Of a stretch of 64,000 nucleotides of DNA, positions 11,621 to 24,336 are shown one piece after another; position 1 is the first letter of the stretch, and the number at the start of each line of letters is the position of its first letter. The notes under the pieces are model-generated. The model saw only the letters and a list, made by a program, of their open reading frames with translations, was not told the DNA's origin and did not search any database. Position numbers and translations under genes: made by a program. Source of the DNA: Camelus ferus (Eukaryota); the NCBI RefSeq assembly GCF_009834535.1, contig NC_045697.1, positions 111,292,001 to 111,356,000 on the forward strand, given 5' to 3'.

Positions 11621-14600
11621 TATTCAGTCTATGTCTAACTCTCCAGCCCAGTTCCTCATGATTAATCTCCTCTATCGATATGCCCTATACTTAGCCATAC
11701 TGTACCCCTCTGAGAATACTGAGATTCAGTCACATGGCTTATTTAGAGCTTAAGTAGAAAAATACGTAATCAAGATAAAATTAATTTTACCATCATCGAA
11801 AAGTCCATCCTACCAAACATGAATAAGGATTTTTGAGTACTTCAAATAGGCATTCAAATTCTAGTATTTTAAAGGTAAGAGTGGTCAAATCAGAGGAGCA
11901 TGTTGGACAATGCTTTCCTTTATATCATATCAATGTTAACTTCTCTGCTGTCAGTGAAAAGAAATCCAACAAATAAGCTCTCACGTTTCCTGTCACACAG
12001 TCCTCAACATGCAAAATGTCAGGCTCAAAAGATTGTCTCTCAGGCCTCTAGGCATTCCATGGCTGGCCCCTTTCCCCAAAATCTTCTTCACTTTCATCGT
12101 CCTCTTAACCCTATGACCTCAAGTTGGACATCACTTCCATCAAAGAGCCTTTCCTAATTTCTTCCAATCCCACCATATTTCTCATAGCGCCACTCTTGAA
12201 CGCCATTGTGATTCCTCTTAATTTTGTCCGCATGACCCTCCAAAGTCATTTAAGTCAGGCCCCCTGTCTGTTGACTAGTGAATCGTGAGTACTTAGCATC
12301 ATGTTTGTGCACAGTAGGTGCTTAGTAATTGCTTGTCAAATAAATTAACAGGTAAAATGTTTACTGTATACCACACATTATGCTAAATACAAAAGATAGG
12401 AGTGAGGTAGAGTAGAGGGGCACAAAACAAACTAAACGGCACTGTATTGACTTTAAGACCTGTACAACATACTCTGGAGAAGCAAATTAAGTGATACAGG
12501 CCAGTTCTTTCAATGTTTTCTTCCTTCATTTTTCAAATAATAAATGTCAATATCAATTTTTCAAATGCATTTTGATGCAAGCAAAGAATATCTGAAGAAT
12601 TACATTAACTGATAAAATAGAATGCAAGGTAAAGTCAATAACTGTGTCTTGACAGTAAATTTAGGATCACTTACTGCCTTTAATGACTCCTAATTAGGAA
12701 AGATCGAGTTTTCCCCTTCAGCAACCATAGCCACTTTATTACCTGTGAGCAGTACGCACTTGCCAATGCTAGTTTTATGTGAAATGGGTTTACATTGCAT
12801 GAACTTGGAAAATAACCGTTGATAATTTTTCCTGTGCTCTTCAAATTTCACTATTACACATACCCATGAATAATGTCTCTCTGTCTTGGCACATAAACTT
12901 GTAAAACACGTCATCTTGAAGCTAATCATAGATCATGCTACTGTCACAGGTTCCAGGCTGCAATTCTCAACTGCTTGATAAAACCATGGCTGGGAGTCCA
13001 TCACTGGTTCAGCACATTACCAGGGCAATGTCATTGATTTTATCCACACTAAAAAGTCATCTTTGAGTCATTTCACTTTTTAAACAGAACATTGTGAGCG
13101 TTTTCCACCTTAATCAGATATAATTTTAATCAGGGCCTTGTTACAACATGCATGCCAGACGGTTCTAGGAAAAACAGTAGTTAGTCAGCCAGCTAATAAA
13201 GCTCCCTGGTTAATTGCTGAGTTTGCTTCTTGCTGCAGATGTCCTGCAGGCAAGTTCATAGACAACTTACCAAGGACCACTGAGACTTGTTTTTGACCTA
13301 TGTCTCTAAACAAGCTGTAGGAATTGAGGAAAGCCAGTTGTAAGGCTGTTTCGCCTGACAGCACGATTGTGTTGTGCTGGCTGTGAGCCAGGAAAGAGGA
13401 GGCTGCCATGTTTTACCTGACACGTGGCCCCATGAGATCTGTGCCTGAACTTGCACCCAGCTCATTAAGTTGACATGGCATGTTCAACATAACTGTTTAA
13501 GTTTTAAGAGTACTAAATATAATCAACTCAAGAATAAAAGGCCAAACAACATCTGAATGTTGCTGACAAATAATATTTTCTTACTAAGCTTGTCTCTAAC
13601 TTGTGAGATTGCCAGTTGCTTTTCTCTGCTCTCAGAGTTTTGAGTCAAAGCAATATATCTTTTACAGAGACATGACTAATGTGCCGCAAGTTCTCCCCTG
13701 TGCTATGTATAATGAGATAGTAAAGAAAGAAGAAACTGGGAACATTCTGAATATTTATCACACTAAAACAATCTACAAGTTTAGAATGCATATATGAAGT
13801 TTATGATAATAATTTGAGGAAATTTTTACAGAGCCTATTAGATGAACCATTGTATGACAGGCAGCCTTTTGTAATTTAGATGACAAAGTTTCTCAAAAGT
13901 ATCAAAATGTCACAACCAGACCTCCTCTCACTCCCATTCACACACATAAGATTGCCAGACTCTTAGAAAACTGTTAACCTAGAACCAAAATCCAGCAATT
14001 CTAAAGTTAAGCAAAACTCCAAACTTAAAAAAATTCTCCATCTTAAGAGATGAACTTTTACACTGAGTGCATTTCCCTTTGACATAAATTGGCACTACAC
14101 AATGAAATGGCTATCTCAACTGTCTAACTTCACAACTGGAAGTTCAGCATATTCTTTTCAGTGGCATGTCTAAAATTGTTTATCATTTGATATGTTTGTC
14201 TTTCTTCTCTTTGACCATCAACTCAGTAAGGGTTAAGAACTTTTCTTAAACTTCTTTGTATTCTGCATGTGCGTAACAAAATTTCTTACAGACAGCAAGT
14301 AACAAATGAATGCTGTTGATTGCAAAGACATATAACTCTAATGGGTCTTTTTCAGAGCCCAAAGTTTGAAACAAGCTTTCCAGCCAGAAAGAACAAGAAA
14401 GCTTTGACAATAACTAATATCTTTACACCTTCATTTTGTATTTCAACAAAAAGATCATTTTTAAACCAAAATGATAACCAGAACTATTTCATGTATTTTA
14501 ACATTAGATCTCAAGATAAAACTAAGAGGATTTGAAAAGAAGCATAAAGAACCTTGCCTGTGTTGCAAACACTATTAAAATCAGATCGTGAAAGTGAAAA

Positions 14601-14682
14601 GTTTGGACAACCATATTACCCAAACAGAGATTTGTTTATGCCAAGAAAACTATAATATGTTCCTAAAAGATACATTCCAGGG

Positions 14683-14683
<1 letters not shown>

Positions 14684-14721
<38 letters not shown>
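14684..14721. repeat. (TG)19 microsatellite
   Basis: Perfect dinucleotide run. Confidence 0.97.
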
Positions 14722-14722
<1 letters not shown>

Positions 14723-14814
14723 TTAGTACTCCCGCTTTAAATGTGTGCCTATGCATCATGAAGATACTGAAATCTCTATTAAACTTAAATTTAAAAGTAG
14801 CCTGCTAGTAATCA

Positions 14815-15050
14815 AAATTAGTATTTATAGAGAGGGCACTACATGCCAGGTACTACTTTAAACCTATACATATATTAATTCAATATACAGCAGTCCTATA
14901 GCTAGGTGCCATCCATATCTTCACTCTGTAGATGAAGAATCAGAAGCACAGGAGATAGGTATCTTGCTTGCCTAAGCTACACAGCTAATATGCGGCAGGA
15001 TAAGAAGCTAACCTAGCCAGTCTGACTACAGTTTCCCACTTAACCAGTAT
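14815..15050 (-). mobile_element. MIR
   Basis: acatgccaggtact...tgtagatgaagaatcagaagcacagg...cctaagctacacagct is the reverse MIR core. Confidence 0.65.
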
Positions 15051-15080
15051 ACTAAGATATTCTTTTAAAAAAACACAACT

Positions 15081-18000
15081 GGATGGCAGAATAAGAGGAC
15101 CCTGAGCTCACCTCCCCCCATGAAGACATTAAAAATACATGCGGAGCAATGCTAACTAAAAACAACCTGGAGACTTGTAGAAAGAGTCTTTTAGAACCAA
15201 GGTTGTAAACATTCACTCAATCAGGTAAAGAGGGAGTAGAGGCGATCAGGTCAGGACCTGTGCTGCTGGGAGGGGAATCAGAAGAGGAGGGGGATTATAT
15301 GGGTGGTGACCCTCCCTGAGGAGTAAGGGGTTTGAGCCACATATTGGGCATCCCCACCATGGGGGTCTGACACCAGGAAGAAGCGTCCCCAAGCTGGTTT
15401 GAAAACCAGTGGGTCTTAACTGAGGGGTGTAAGAAACCAAGATTCCATTTTGGGAAGAGTGTACATACATGCTTGCTTACATCCAGGAAATGCAGAGGAA
15501 ACAGATTGAAAACTAACTACCAGAGGCTTTGACTGGCTTGCTGGGACCCTCCCAACACACAACCCAAGCTGCATAAAGAACTTCTCAGACAAAAACTGAA
15601 AAAGTTTGTCAATACTAAACTGACCTTATAAGAAGTGATAAAGGGTATTCTTTAACTGGAAAAGAAAAGTCTACAACAAGAAGAAAGAATTTATAAGAAA
15701 GGAAAAACTCACTAGAAAAGGCAAATATATACAAAGGTTATGGTTCAACTACTTAAATAAACTAGTACAAAAATAAAAAGATAAAATTATAAAATTAACA
15801 ACTACAATAAACAGTTAAGGGATAGATATAAAGATGTAAAATATCTGTTTTTGATGTCATATTTTACATCTTTATGTTGATGTAAAAATGTAGACTGTTT
15901 AGCATGTGTTTAAAATTAAATGACTAAAAGTTTAAAAACAAGTAGATACAACTTTAGGTCAACATATATGAACTCCATGGTAACCACAAATCAAAAATCT
16001 ACAATAGATACACAAAAATGAGAGAAAAAGGAAAACAAGCATGTCTAAAGAAAATCATTAAATCGCAAGGAAAGAGACCAAACGAAGAAGGAAAAAACAA
16101 CTACAAAAACAACCAGAAAACAAGGAACAAAATGGCAATAAGTACATACTTATCAATAATCACTTTAAATGACAATACACTAAAACTTTCAATCAAAAGA
16201 CATTGGGTGGCTAATTAGATAAAAAACAAAACACATCTATATGCTGCCAAGAAGAGATTCACTTCAGAGTTAATGAAAACACAAACTGAAAGTGACAGAA
16301 TGGAAAAATGTATTTTACAAAAATGGAAATGAAAAAGAAACTGGGACAGAAATACTCATATAAAGTAGAATTTAAAGCAAAATCTTTTTTAAAAGACAAA
16401 GAAAGGCATTATATAATGATAAAGGGATCATACAAAAAGAGGGTGTAACATTTGTTAACATACATGCACTTAATATAGGAGAACCTAAATATATAAAGCA
16501 AATATTAACATACTTAAAGAAAGAAATTGACAATACTACAATAATAGTATGGGACTTTAACACCCTACTTACATTAAGGGACAGATTATCCAGACAGAAA
16601 ATCAATAAGTAAACACTGGCCTTAAAGGACACATTAAACTAGTTAGATTTAATAGATATCTACAGAACATTATTTCCAAAAATAGCAGAATACACATTCT
16701 TTTCAAGTGTACATGGAACATTCTCCAAGATAGATCACATGCTAGGCCACAAAACACATCTCAACAAGTATAAAAGGATGGAAATCACACAAAGCATCTT
16801 TTCTAACTGTTGGGGGAAAATGTGCTACAGCTCAGTGTTACAGCTCAGTTGTGACAGCGACCCGGATCCAGGTGAGAGACCAAACAGCACTCCGAAAGTT
16901 GGAGAACTCAGGTTTATTACGCCAGCAGGCCCAGAGATGTTAACACTTCAAGCTCTGGACCCCATCTCTAGGTTTACACAGGCCTTTTATAAGCTGCCAG
17001 TTTTACACTTTGCAACATCATATGCAAATAAAGTACAACAGAAGTTGACCAACCAGGAACAAGCTATGTAGAAATAGACCAATCAGGAGTGAGCTCCATG
17101 CAAATGAAGTACTACAAATGGACCAATCAGAAGTTAGGAAAGTGGACCAATCAGAAGTGAGAGTAATAACCAATCAGAAGTGAGAGTAATACCCAATCAG
17201 GAGTGAAGGAAATAACCAATCAGAAGTGAGCTCAGGGAACCAATAGAATTCTAGGTGTAAGTTAGCCGCTTTAGAGGCAAAAAGTGAGATAGAGCCTCTG
17301 GGCCAGGGAACCGGACGGTGCTATAGGAGAGAAGCGGCCCTGCGGGTCTTTTTATGGGGTGGAGAGTAAACAACATGCTACTAAAAGAAAAAAACAGTGG
17401 AGCAATAAAGAAGTCAAACAGGATTTAGCAATTCTCATCCATCTGTAACACCATACACATAAATAAACTCAAAATGGATTAAAGGCCTAAATCTAAGGCC
17501 TGAAACCATGAAACTCTTAGGAGAAAACATAGGCAGGACACATTTTGACATAAGTTGTAGCAATACTTTTTGGATCTATCTCCTCGGGCAAAGGAAACAA
17601 AATAAAAAATAAACAAATAGGACCTAATTAAACTTAAAAGCTTTCACATAGCAAAGGAAAACATCAACAAAACAAAAAGACAGCATGCTGAAGAGAAGAA
17701 AATATTTGTGAATGATATAAATGATAAGGGTTAATATGCAAAGTATATAAACAACTCTTACAACACAGTCCCAAAAAAAGAAAAAGAAAAAGAAAAAAAC
17801 AACTGATTGAAAAATGGGCAGAAGGCCTGAATAGACATTTTTGCAAAGAAAAAAGATGCTCAACATTGCTAATCGCCAGGGAAATGCAAGTCAAAACAGC
17901 AATGAGATATTATCTCATGCTGGTCAGAATGGCTATCATCAAACAGACCACAAATAACCAATGTTGGTGAGGATGTGGGGAAAAGGCAATCCTAGTACAC

Positions 18001-18258
18001 TGGTGGGAATGTAAGTCATTGTAGCCACTATGGAAAACAGTATGGAGGGTCCTCAAAAAACTAAAAGTAGAACTACCATATGAACCAGCAATTTCACTGC
18101 TGGGTATATATCCAAAGCAAACAAAAACACTAATTCAAACAGATATATGCACCCCTGTGTTTATAGAAGCACGAATTTATTTATTTACAGTAACCAAGAT
18201 ATGGAAGCAAGCTAAATGTCCATCAACAGATGAATGGACAAGGAAGATGTGATATATA
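15081..18258 (+). mobile_element. L1 with partial 5'UTR, ORF1 end, EN domain (ATG ~16132) and ORF2 C-terminus; RT region deleted; LTR inserted
   Basis: ORF2 start peptide MAISTYLSIITLN is present. The sequence jumps to the C-terminal region at ~17420. No poly(A) tail or TSD is visible. Confidence 0.85.
16808..17357 (-). mobile_element. ERV solo LTR (likely truncated at one end) with CCAAT/octamer array, inserted in L1 ORF2
   Basis: Begins with TG at 16808. Minus-strand AATAAA at ~16914 and TATA-like box at ~16985. Seven CCAAT boxes; L1 sequence resumes at ~17358 (tggagagtaaacaacatgctact). Confidence 0.75.
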
Positions 18259-18739
18259 TCTGGTGCTGGGAAAACTTTTTAAATTTTCTTCATTTTTAAT
18301 TTACAGTGGAAAGAATATAAATCATTCAGAAAACACTTTCAATATTTTAAGGGCAATTCAAAACATTTTGCATGGTTTCCAGCAGCTGAGTTGTATCACA
18401 TATATAAAGTAGATGATTTAAGTTTTGCTTCCAAACTATCTATTCATTGTTCTGTGCACAATCATGAATGTAAATTCTTTCATCCTTCTTAAAGTATGTT
18501 TTTTGTTTTGTTTTATTTTTCGCAGTTTTAGTTCCATTCTTTAATTATCTCTCTTTTCTTTGAGGCCAATTTTTCTGGGGGTTTTTTATTCTTATCTTTC
18601 TGTAAGAGCATTTACTCAGGCTCCTGGTATTACTGACTGCCTCTTCACAATTATGATAGTTCAGGCCCTAATTCATCATTGTATTGGATGTTTTCCCAAG
18701 GTAAAATAATAAGAACCAAAATCTATGAAAATTTTCAAA

Positions 18740-19140
18740 CTTCTAATAATAAAAGAAAGACAAACATAAACACCCATGAGATTTCATTTTAATATATCTT
18801 ACTCAAGCAGAGGCTTTTTTTATAACACCCAGTTTTGTCAAGGGTGAAAGGAAATGTGCATTCTCACACAATTATGTTTGGAAATATGTATAAGAAGCCT
18901 TAAGATGTGCTTACTTTTGACACAGTAACTCCATATCCAAAATTTTGACCTAAGAAATTGTCATGGATATTTTCAAAATTTTAGCTACAGGAATAACTAT
19001 TTCCATGCTATTAAAGTAATGAACAATGAGAAAATGTCCAAATACAGGAGATTAAATGGTGGCATATGTATTGAATGGAATAGTACTATTTTAAGTGACA
19101 CTGGAGAGTAGAAAACAAAATCAAAAATTGAAATATGTTA
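18740..19140 (+). mobile_element. Ancient L1 (L1ME-like) fragment
   Basis: Degenerate ORF2-end motifs (ataacacccagttttgtcaagggtg; tttgacacagtaactcc). Confidence 0.5.
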
Positions 19141-20362
19141 AATGGAAAATACTTTTTAAAATCCATACATGCAACTCTACTGTCAGCGAGTTGACTTAAA
19201 GGTTTGGAGGAAGGAAGTGAGAAGGAAAACAGATATGAAACATGGCTGGCAAAGATGAGTGGAAGTCTCGCCAACTGCCAAGTCCAATGCTGGTTGAACG
19301 GCTCAAAATAAAGCCTAGCTCCTTTTCTGAAATAAATGATAAACTACATTCCTATAAAGTACATACTATTGAGAAAGAACTAATAAAGAATTTTTAAATG
19401 ATCTTTGCTTATTGATAAGGGAAAGAGAAAATTTTAATGAGAATGCAGTTTGAATATTGTCCCATCAAGACTTTCTGAGCATGGCTGAGGTAAAGAAGTT
19501 AAATTGACCAATGATGTTGGATCCCCCAAGGAGAGCAGAATCCTGGGATGGTGAGAGCTCTGTAAACACAGGTGACCATTCACAAGAACGCCACTAGCCA
19601 AACTCCCTAAGTGATGCATTAGCCCTGGGTGATTGATCTAGAACTTCGCAAGAGTAATTCTAAATATTTATGTATTTTTATTCAAAGGAAAGAAAAATTG
19701 CTCTCATCTACTCCCTAAAGGACATTTACACATTCTTTTTTGATAGAAAACAGGATTGGGATGGAAAGCTAATGGTACTCAAGACTGTCAAGTCATCTCA
19801 CACATGTGTAAAGAAAAAATTAGAATGGGCTAAGAAGGCAAAAATTTTCACATCTGCAAGACAAAGTGGTTGCAAAAGTGTATGTGTTAAAAAGGACATT
19901 AAAGTCATGAAGAGCACACATTTGTTGACCATAAACACAAACCACCAAATCCCAAAATACTAAAAATGAGTCAGAAAGGAGGTCATTCTGGAACAACTTT
20001 ACTAAACATATGGAATTCATTTCCCCCAATAAATTGTGAGAGACAAAATTAGAATAGTCCAAGAAGGGACTGGCTAGAGTACTCTTGTTTATGGATTTAA
20101 TATACTATAAAAAAGAGGATAGTAATGTCAGTCCAAGAAAACCATCAGAGCAGGAATCAGCCAAGCACCTCCAAATGTGATCTTGTGTCACTGACAGTCA
20201 CCAAATAGACCCTGTGCAATGCCATTTATTGTGTTTTTACCTGCACTGACACAGTACCTGGTATATGGTGGACAGTCAGTGCATATTCACTCAATGACAT
20301 CAAATAAAATCTGTACATACCAGTACTCTCCAAACCATCATTAATCTTCAATCTGCTGTGTC

Positions 20363-20514
20363 ATTGCTCTTAGAGAGAAGGAAACTAAAAGCCAATGCCT
20401 TACCAGAATTGCAATCTCCCAAATACTTCTTAAACTCAATTGCTCTTAGAGAGAAGGAAACTAAAAGCCAATGCCTTACCAGAATTGCAATCTCCCAAAT
20501 ACTTCTTAAACTCA
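20363..20514. repeat. Perfect 76-bp tandem duplication
   Basis: attgctcttagagagaagg...cttcttaaactca occurs at 20363-20438 and again at 20439-20514. Confidence 0.95.
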
Positions 20515-21479
20515 ATAAAAACATAAAAGTCAGACATTCTCCCTTTATAGAAACATGAAGAATGTTAAGATAGAGTCATTAAAGTATTCTTGAGTTCTGA
20601 AGAAAAAATAGTAAAGTAATGCCAAAGTATTGTATTAAAAGGAAGTACATAGAAGGTATTCAGTTGAGGTCACCCATTATTTACATCTGTCGTCTTAGTA
20701 CAAAAACACCACTTAGCAAAGAATCTCATCATGACACATCTTCTCCTTCATCCAACAATTGTTTTAATGAAATTTTGTTACTTACCAGCTGCTTTTTCAA
20801 AAGACCTATGACAACTATAGCGTTGTGACTTGAGTTTTATCTTACCCTTGGAAAATAAATTTGTGAGAAAATAACCCCCCTTTTCTTTCTACCATCTTTT
20901 CCTGTGAAGAAGGCACTCAAGAACATCTCTTGCAAGTAGTTCAAAAGGCATGACTACCTTGTCAGGATTGCCAAAATCTATTAATGAAAAGAAGCAAACA
21001 AAATGCTATAAAATGCTCTGATATGATGGCTCTAACAGATGTACATGTAAAAAGTCTCAAGGTCTTTCCCCTCTACTTACTCCAGGAATCTTTCCAGCCC
21101 TCCCCTGAACCATAAGGAATATGCTATGTATTTTATCAGATTTCATCACTGGCCTTCTGGAACCCACTATTGCAGCTGCAGAAGATAACAAGAATCAAGG
21201 TCTTCTCAAAGTCCCTTCCTATCACTTCCCATATTAATCAAAGATGAGTCTGGAAAAAAACTGTATCCTAGAAGTCCAAACCTGCTGTCCCTGCAACATC
21301 CTTGTCACTACTGAGAAATGGAGTCAGTCTAAATCCTCAGACCTAAACTCCATACAAGGGTCAAAACTAACAAGTCAAAGCAGAACTTTCACTTCCTAGA
21401 ACAATGACTAAGGGTAGGAAGTTAAGAGGCATGAAAAGAGGATGGAAAAAATATTTTCTCCCAATGATTCCCATAGATA

Positions 21480-22620
21480 GTATCTTTTTTCTTTTGAAAA
21501 AATTCAAATCCACACAAAAATGAAAGAACAGTACAATGCACATTGTTATATCCCTTCTCTCTATACACCAACTGTTAATCATCTCGTTGCACCTACTTTA
21601 TCTCTATTTAGGGACCTACAAATACTTCCTTCTGCCAAGCCGTCCAAAAGTAGGTTGTGAACAAGACACCTCACCCCTAAATACTTCAGCACACATCCCC
21701 ACAAACAAGGACATTGTCCCAACACTATTACCTGGCCTTAAAAATGAGTTAATAACAACATTCAACCTCTAAGCCATACTCAAACTGTGCCACTTGTCCT
21801 AAAATGTCCTTAATGGCTTTTTTTTAAATTCAAGATCTAACCAAATTCACATTACACTTGGATGTCACATCTCTTTAATCTTCTATCATCTCCCACTGAT
21901 CTATATGACACTGAATCTTTTGATGAATCCAGGCCAATTGTTCTACAAAATGTTCTATCTTCTGAATTTGTTTGATGGTTTCTACAGCAGGTTTAGATGA
22001 AATATTTCTGGCAAGAACCCCCCGAAGGTGATGCTTTATACTTCCCCACTGTATCACATCAGAAAGAACCTAATGTCAGACTAGGCCATTGCTAGCAGCA
22101 GTACCAGACTCGACCATTTTGTTCAGTGTTTGCTGCCAGATGACTCCACTGTAAAGGCGTATTTTGTCCCATTGGGATTAACAGGTCATATGTGGTGGAA
22201 TGCTTTGAAACCATGTTGATACTCTGTCTTTCAATAACCTGGCATCCAATAGTTTTGGCATTCAGAAATGTTCCACGCTTAAATTATTACACTGGGAAGT
22301 TTATAAAACAGAAAATTTTTAATTCTGTCATTTCTTCTGCATTTATTAGCTGGCATTCTGATTTTAAAAAGAGCTTTTATTTTCTCTCTTTATCCATCGT
22401 TTTCTCTCTTTCTTTCTAGTATTATCATGAAATCAAGGAATTTTTATATTGGCCGTGCTTCTTTATCATTGAAGCTCAAATTGTCCTGAATTTGGTTCAT
22501 TGGATCCCTTTCTAGTCAGTTCATGAGGTTTGTTTTTTTTTTTGTTGTTGTTGTTTTTGTTTGTTTTGTTTTGTTTTTGACATGTTTCCATCATCCTTTG
22601 AGCATTTTCTTATTTTCTGG
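21480..22620 (-). mobile_element. Ancient L1 3' region (L1MC-like)
   Basis: ttttgaaaaaattcaaatccacacaaaaatg...; ccaggccaattgttctacaaaatgttc resemble old L1 3'UTR in antisense. Confidence 0.55.
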
Positions 22621-22734
22621 CCAATTTTCAAATGGGTGATTCACACTCTCTTGCTTCAGCTCTTTTTTGTTTTGCTACTGCCCTGGTTTGGGTGCTTACT
22701 ACCTCTCACTTGGACTTTAACACAGCCTCCTAGA

Positions 22735-22960
22735 ATGTCCTTATTTTTAGGATTCACATGTTGAAGTATTTGGCAGTGATGAGGCATGATGGCTACAACC
22801 TTCCTTCAAATGGTTCAGGAGGGAGAAATGCATTAACCAAATGTGGCAAAATGTCAACAATTGAATCTAGAGCCTGGGCATACAAGTTTTCATTGTACTG
22901 TTCTTTCAACTTTTCTGTGTGTTTGAAATTTTTTTACAGTAAAATAAGGGGGGAAAAAAA
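22735..22960 (+). mobile_element. Ancient L1 3' end (L1ME-like)
   Basis: aaatgtggcaaaatgtcaacaattgaatctag...cattgtactgttctttcaacttttctgtgtgtttgaaatttt. Confidence 0.6.
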
Positions 22961-23094
22961 AACTCCCTAATGGATTCAACCTATTCATCCTCTCTGCAAA
23001 GCAACCAGCATTATCTTCTTTACATCAGTGACAAGCATGTCACTCTCCTGCTCAGAAACCTTCAGGAGCTCCCCACCTCACCTCATGGCATTGA

Positions 23095-23345
23095 AGGTGT
23101 TAATTACACTGATGAAAAACATGGACCCTGCAGTCAGACCAACGGGCTCAAGTCCCAGAGTTACTACTTATTATCTTGTGATCCTGGACATGTTTCTTAA
23201 CCTCCCTGTGCCTCAGCTTTCACACATGGGATCGAGGATAATAATAATGGTACTTACCTCAAATTGTCATAAGGGTTAAATGGGCAAATACACATAACAC
23301 ACACAAAATAGTAACACATAGTTGTGCTACATCAGCGGTAGCTCT
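23095..23345 (+). mobile_element. MIR
   Basis: tgtgatcctggacatgtttcttaacctccctgtgcctcagctttc...ataataatggtacttacctc. Confidence 0.7.
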
Positions 23346-24336
23346 CTGTAGGTCCAAGTACTTCCTTTCACATTATTATTTTTAAAAGATTATGGAGTTA
23401 AAAGCCTTTAGGAAATGCCAGTTTAAATTAAGTAAAGCAAAGGTCTTTACTATAGGAATTCTCATTACAATATTAAATACTGTAAGGCCTGCAATGAATC
23501 TTCAGATATGTAAATCTTACACTCAGTTCATCTTATGAGGCCAGCACGTTGCAGATCTGACTTCGGGAACTGCTGAAGCAGAAAATAAAATCTAAATTCC
23601 TTCCTTCACTTGATTTTGAAGGATGTCCATGATAAGACTCTACCCACCTGTCAGACTCTCAGTCTCTGCTTTCACTTACTCTACTCTTCAGCCAAACTTC
23701 AACCCCTGCTACCTCCCAATGTGCCCTTAATTTCCCCCATAAGTGCGTCGCTCTCTGTCTGCAGAGATTTTCCTCCCATCTCCACCCATCAAAACCAGCT
23801 CAGGTGGTGATGTCTTTTCAAAGACTATCCAGAAGCTCCCAGGTAAAGTTAATTTTCTATCCTTATCCTTGCTAAGTATTTTATTTAAAAGACTATAAAA
23901 TGCCATAAAAATAAACGAAATTTTGTCATATGTTATGGAGTTTTAGTTTTAGTTTTCTGAAATAATTTAATGGGATTATTTATAACTATGTAAGGAGGAA
24001 AGCACATTCAAGATACAGAGGAAAATCCTTCTCCACCACTTATCTTAACCTGTCCCCTAAAAGTATTTATTAATTCCTTGAGACACAAACTGGTAGTATT
24101 GTATTATAAACTGAGCGTATCTTCTTCCATAGAAAACTGTACATTCCTAGACGGTAGAATTGAATCTCGTCAATTTTATTTCTCTCATAATAGTTAATAG
24201 AGTTCAATAAACATGGTATACACTACATGAATACATGGAGAGTTATTACCTATAAAAAATCAGTGCTCACAACAACTTTGATTCAGAATAGGGAAAAAAG
24301 AAAAGAAAAAGTAATTTCAAAAATAATAGCTATTTT

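Noticed and set aside
17115..17245. 23-24-bp periodic repeats superficially like a CRISPR array
   Set aside because: Mammalian DNA, no unique spacers and no cas genes; it is an LTR enhancer tandem repeat.
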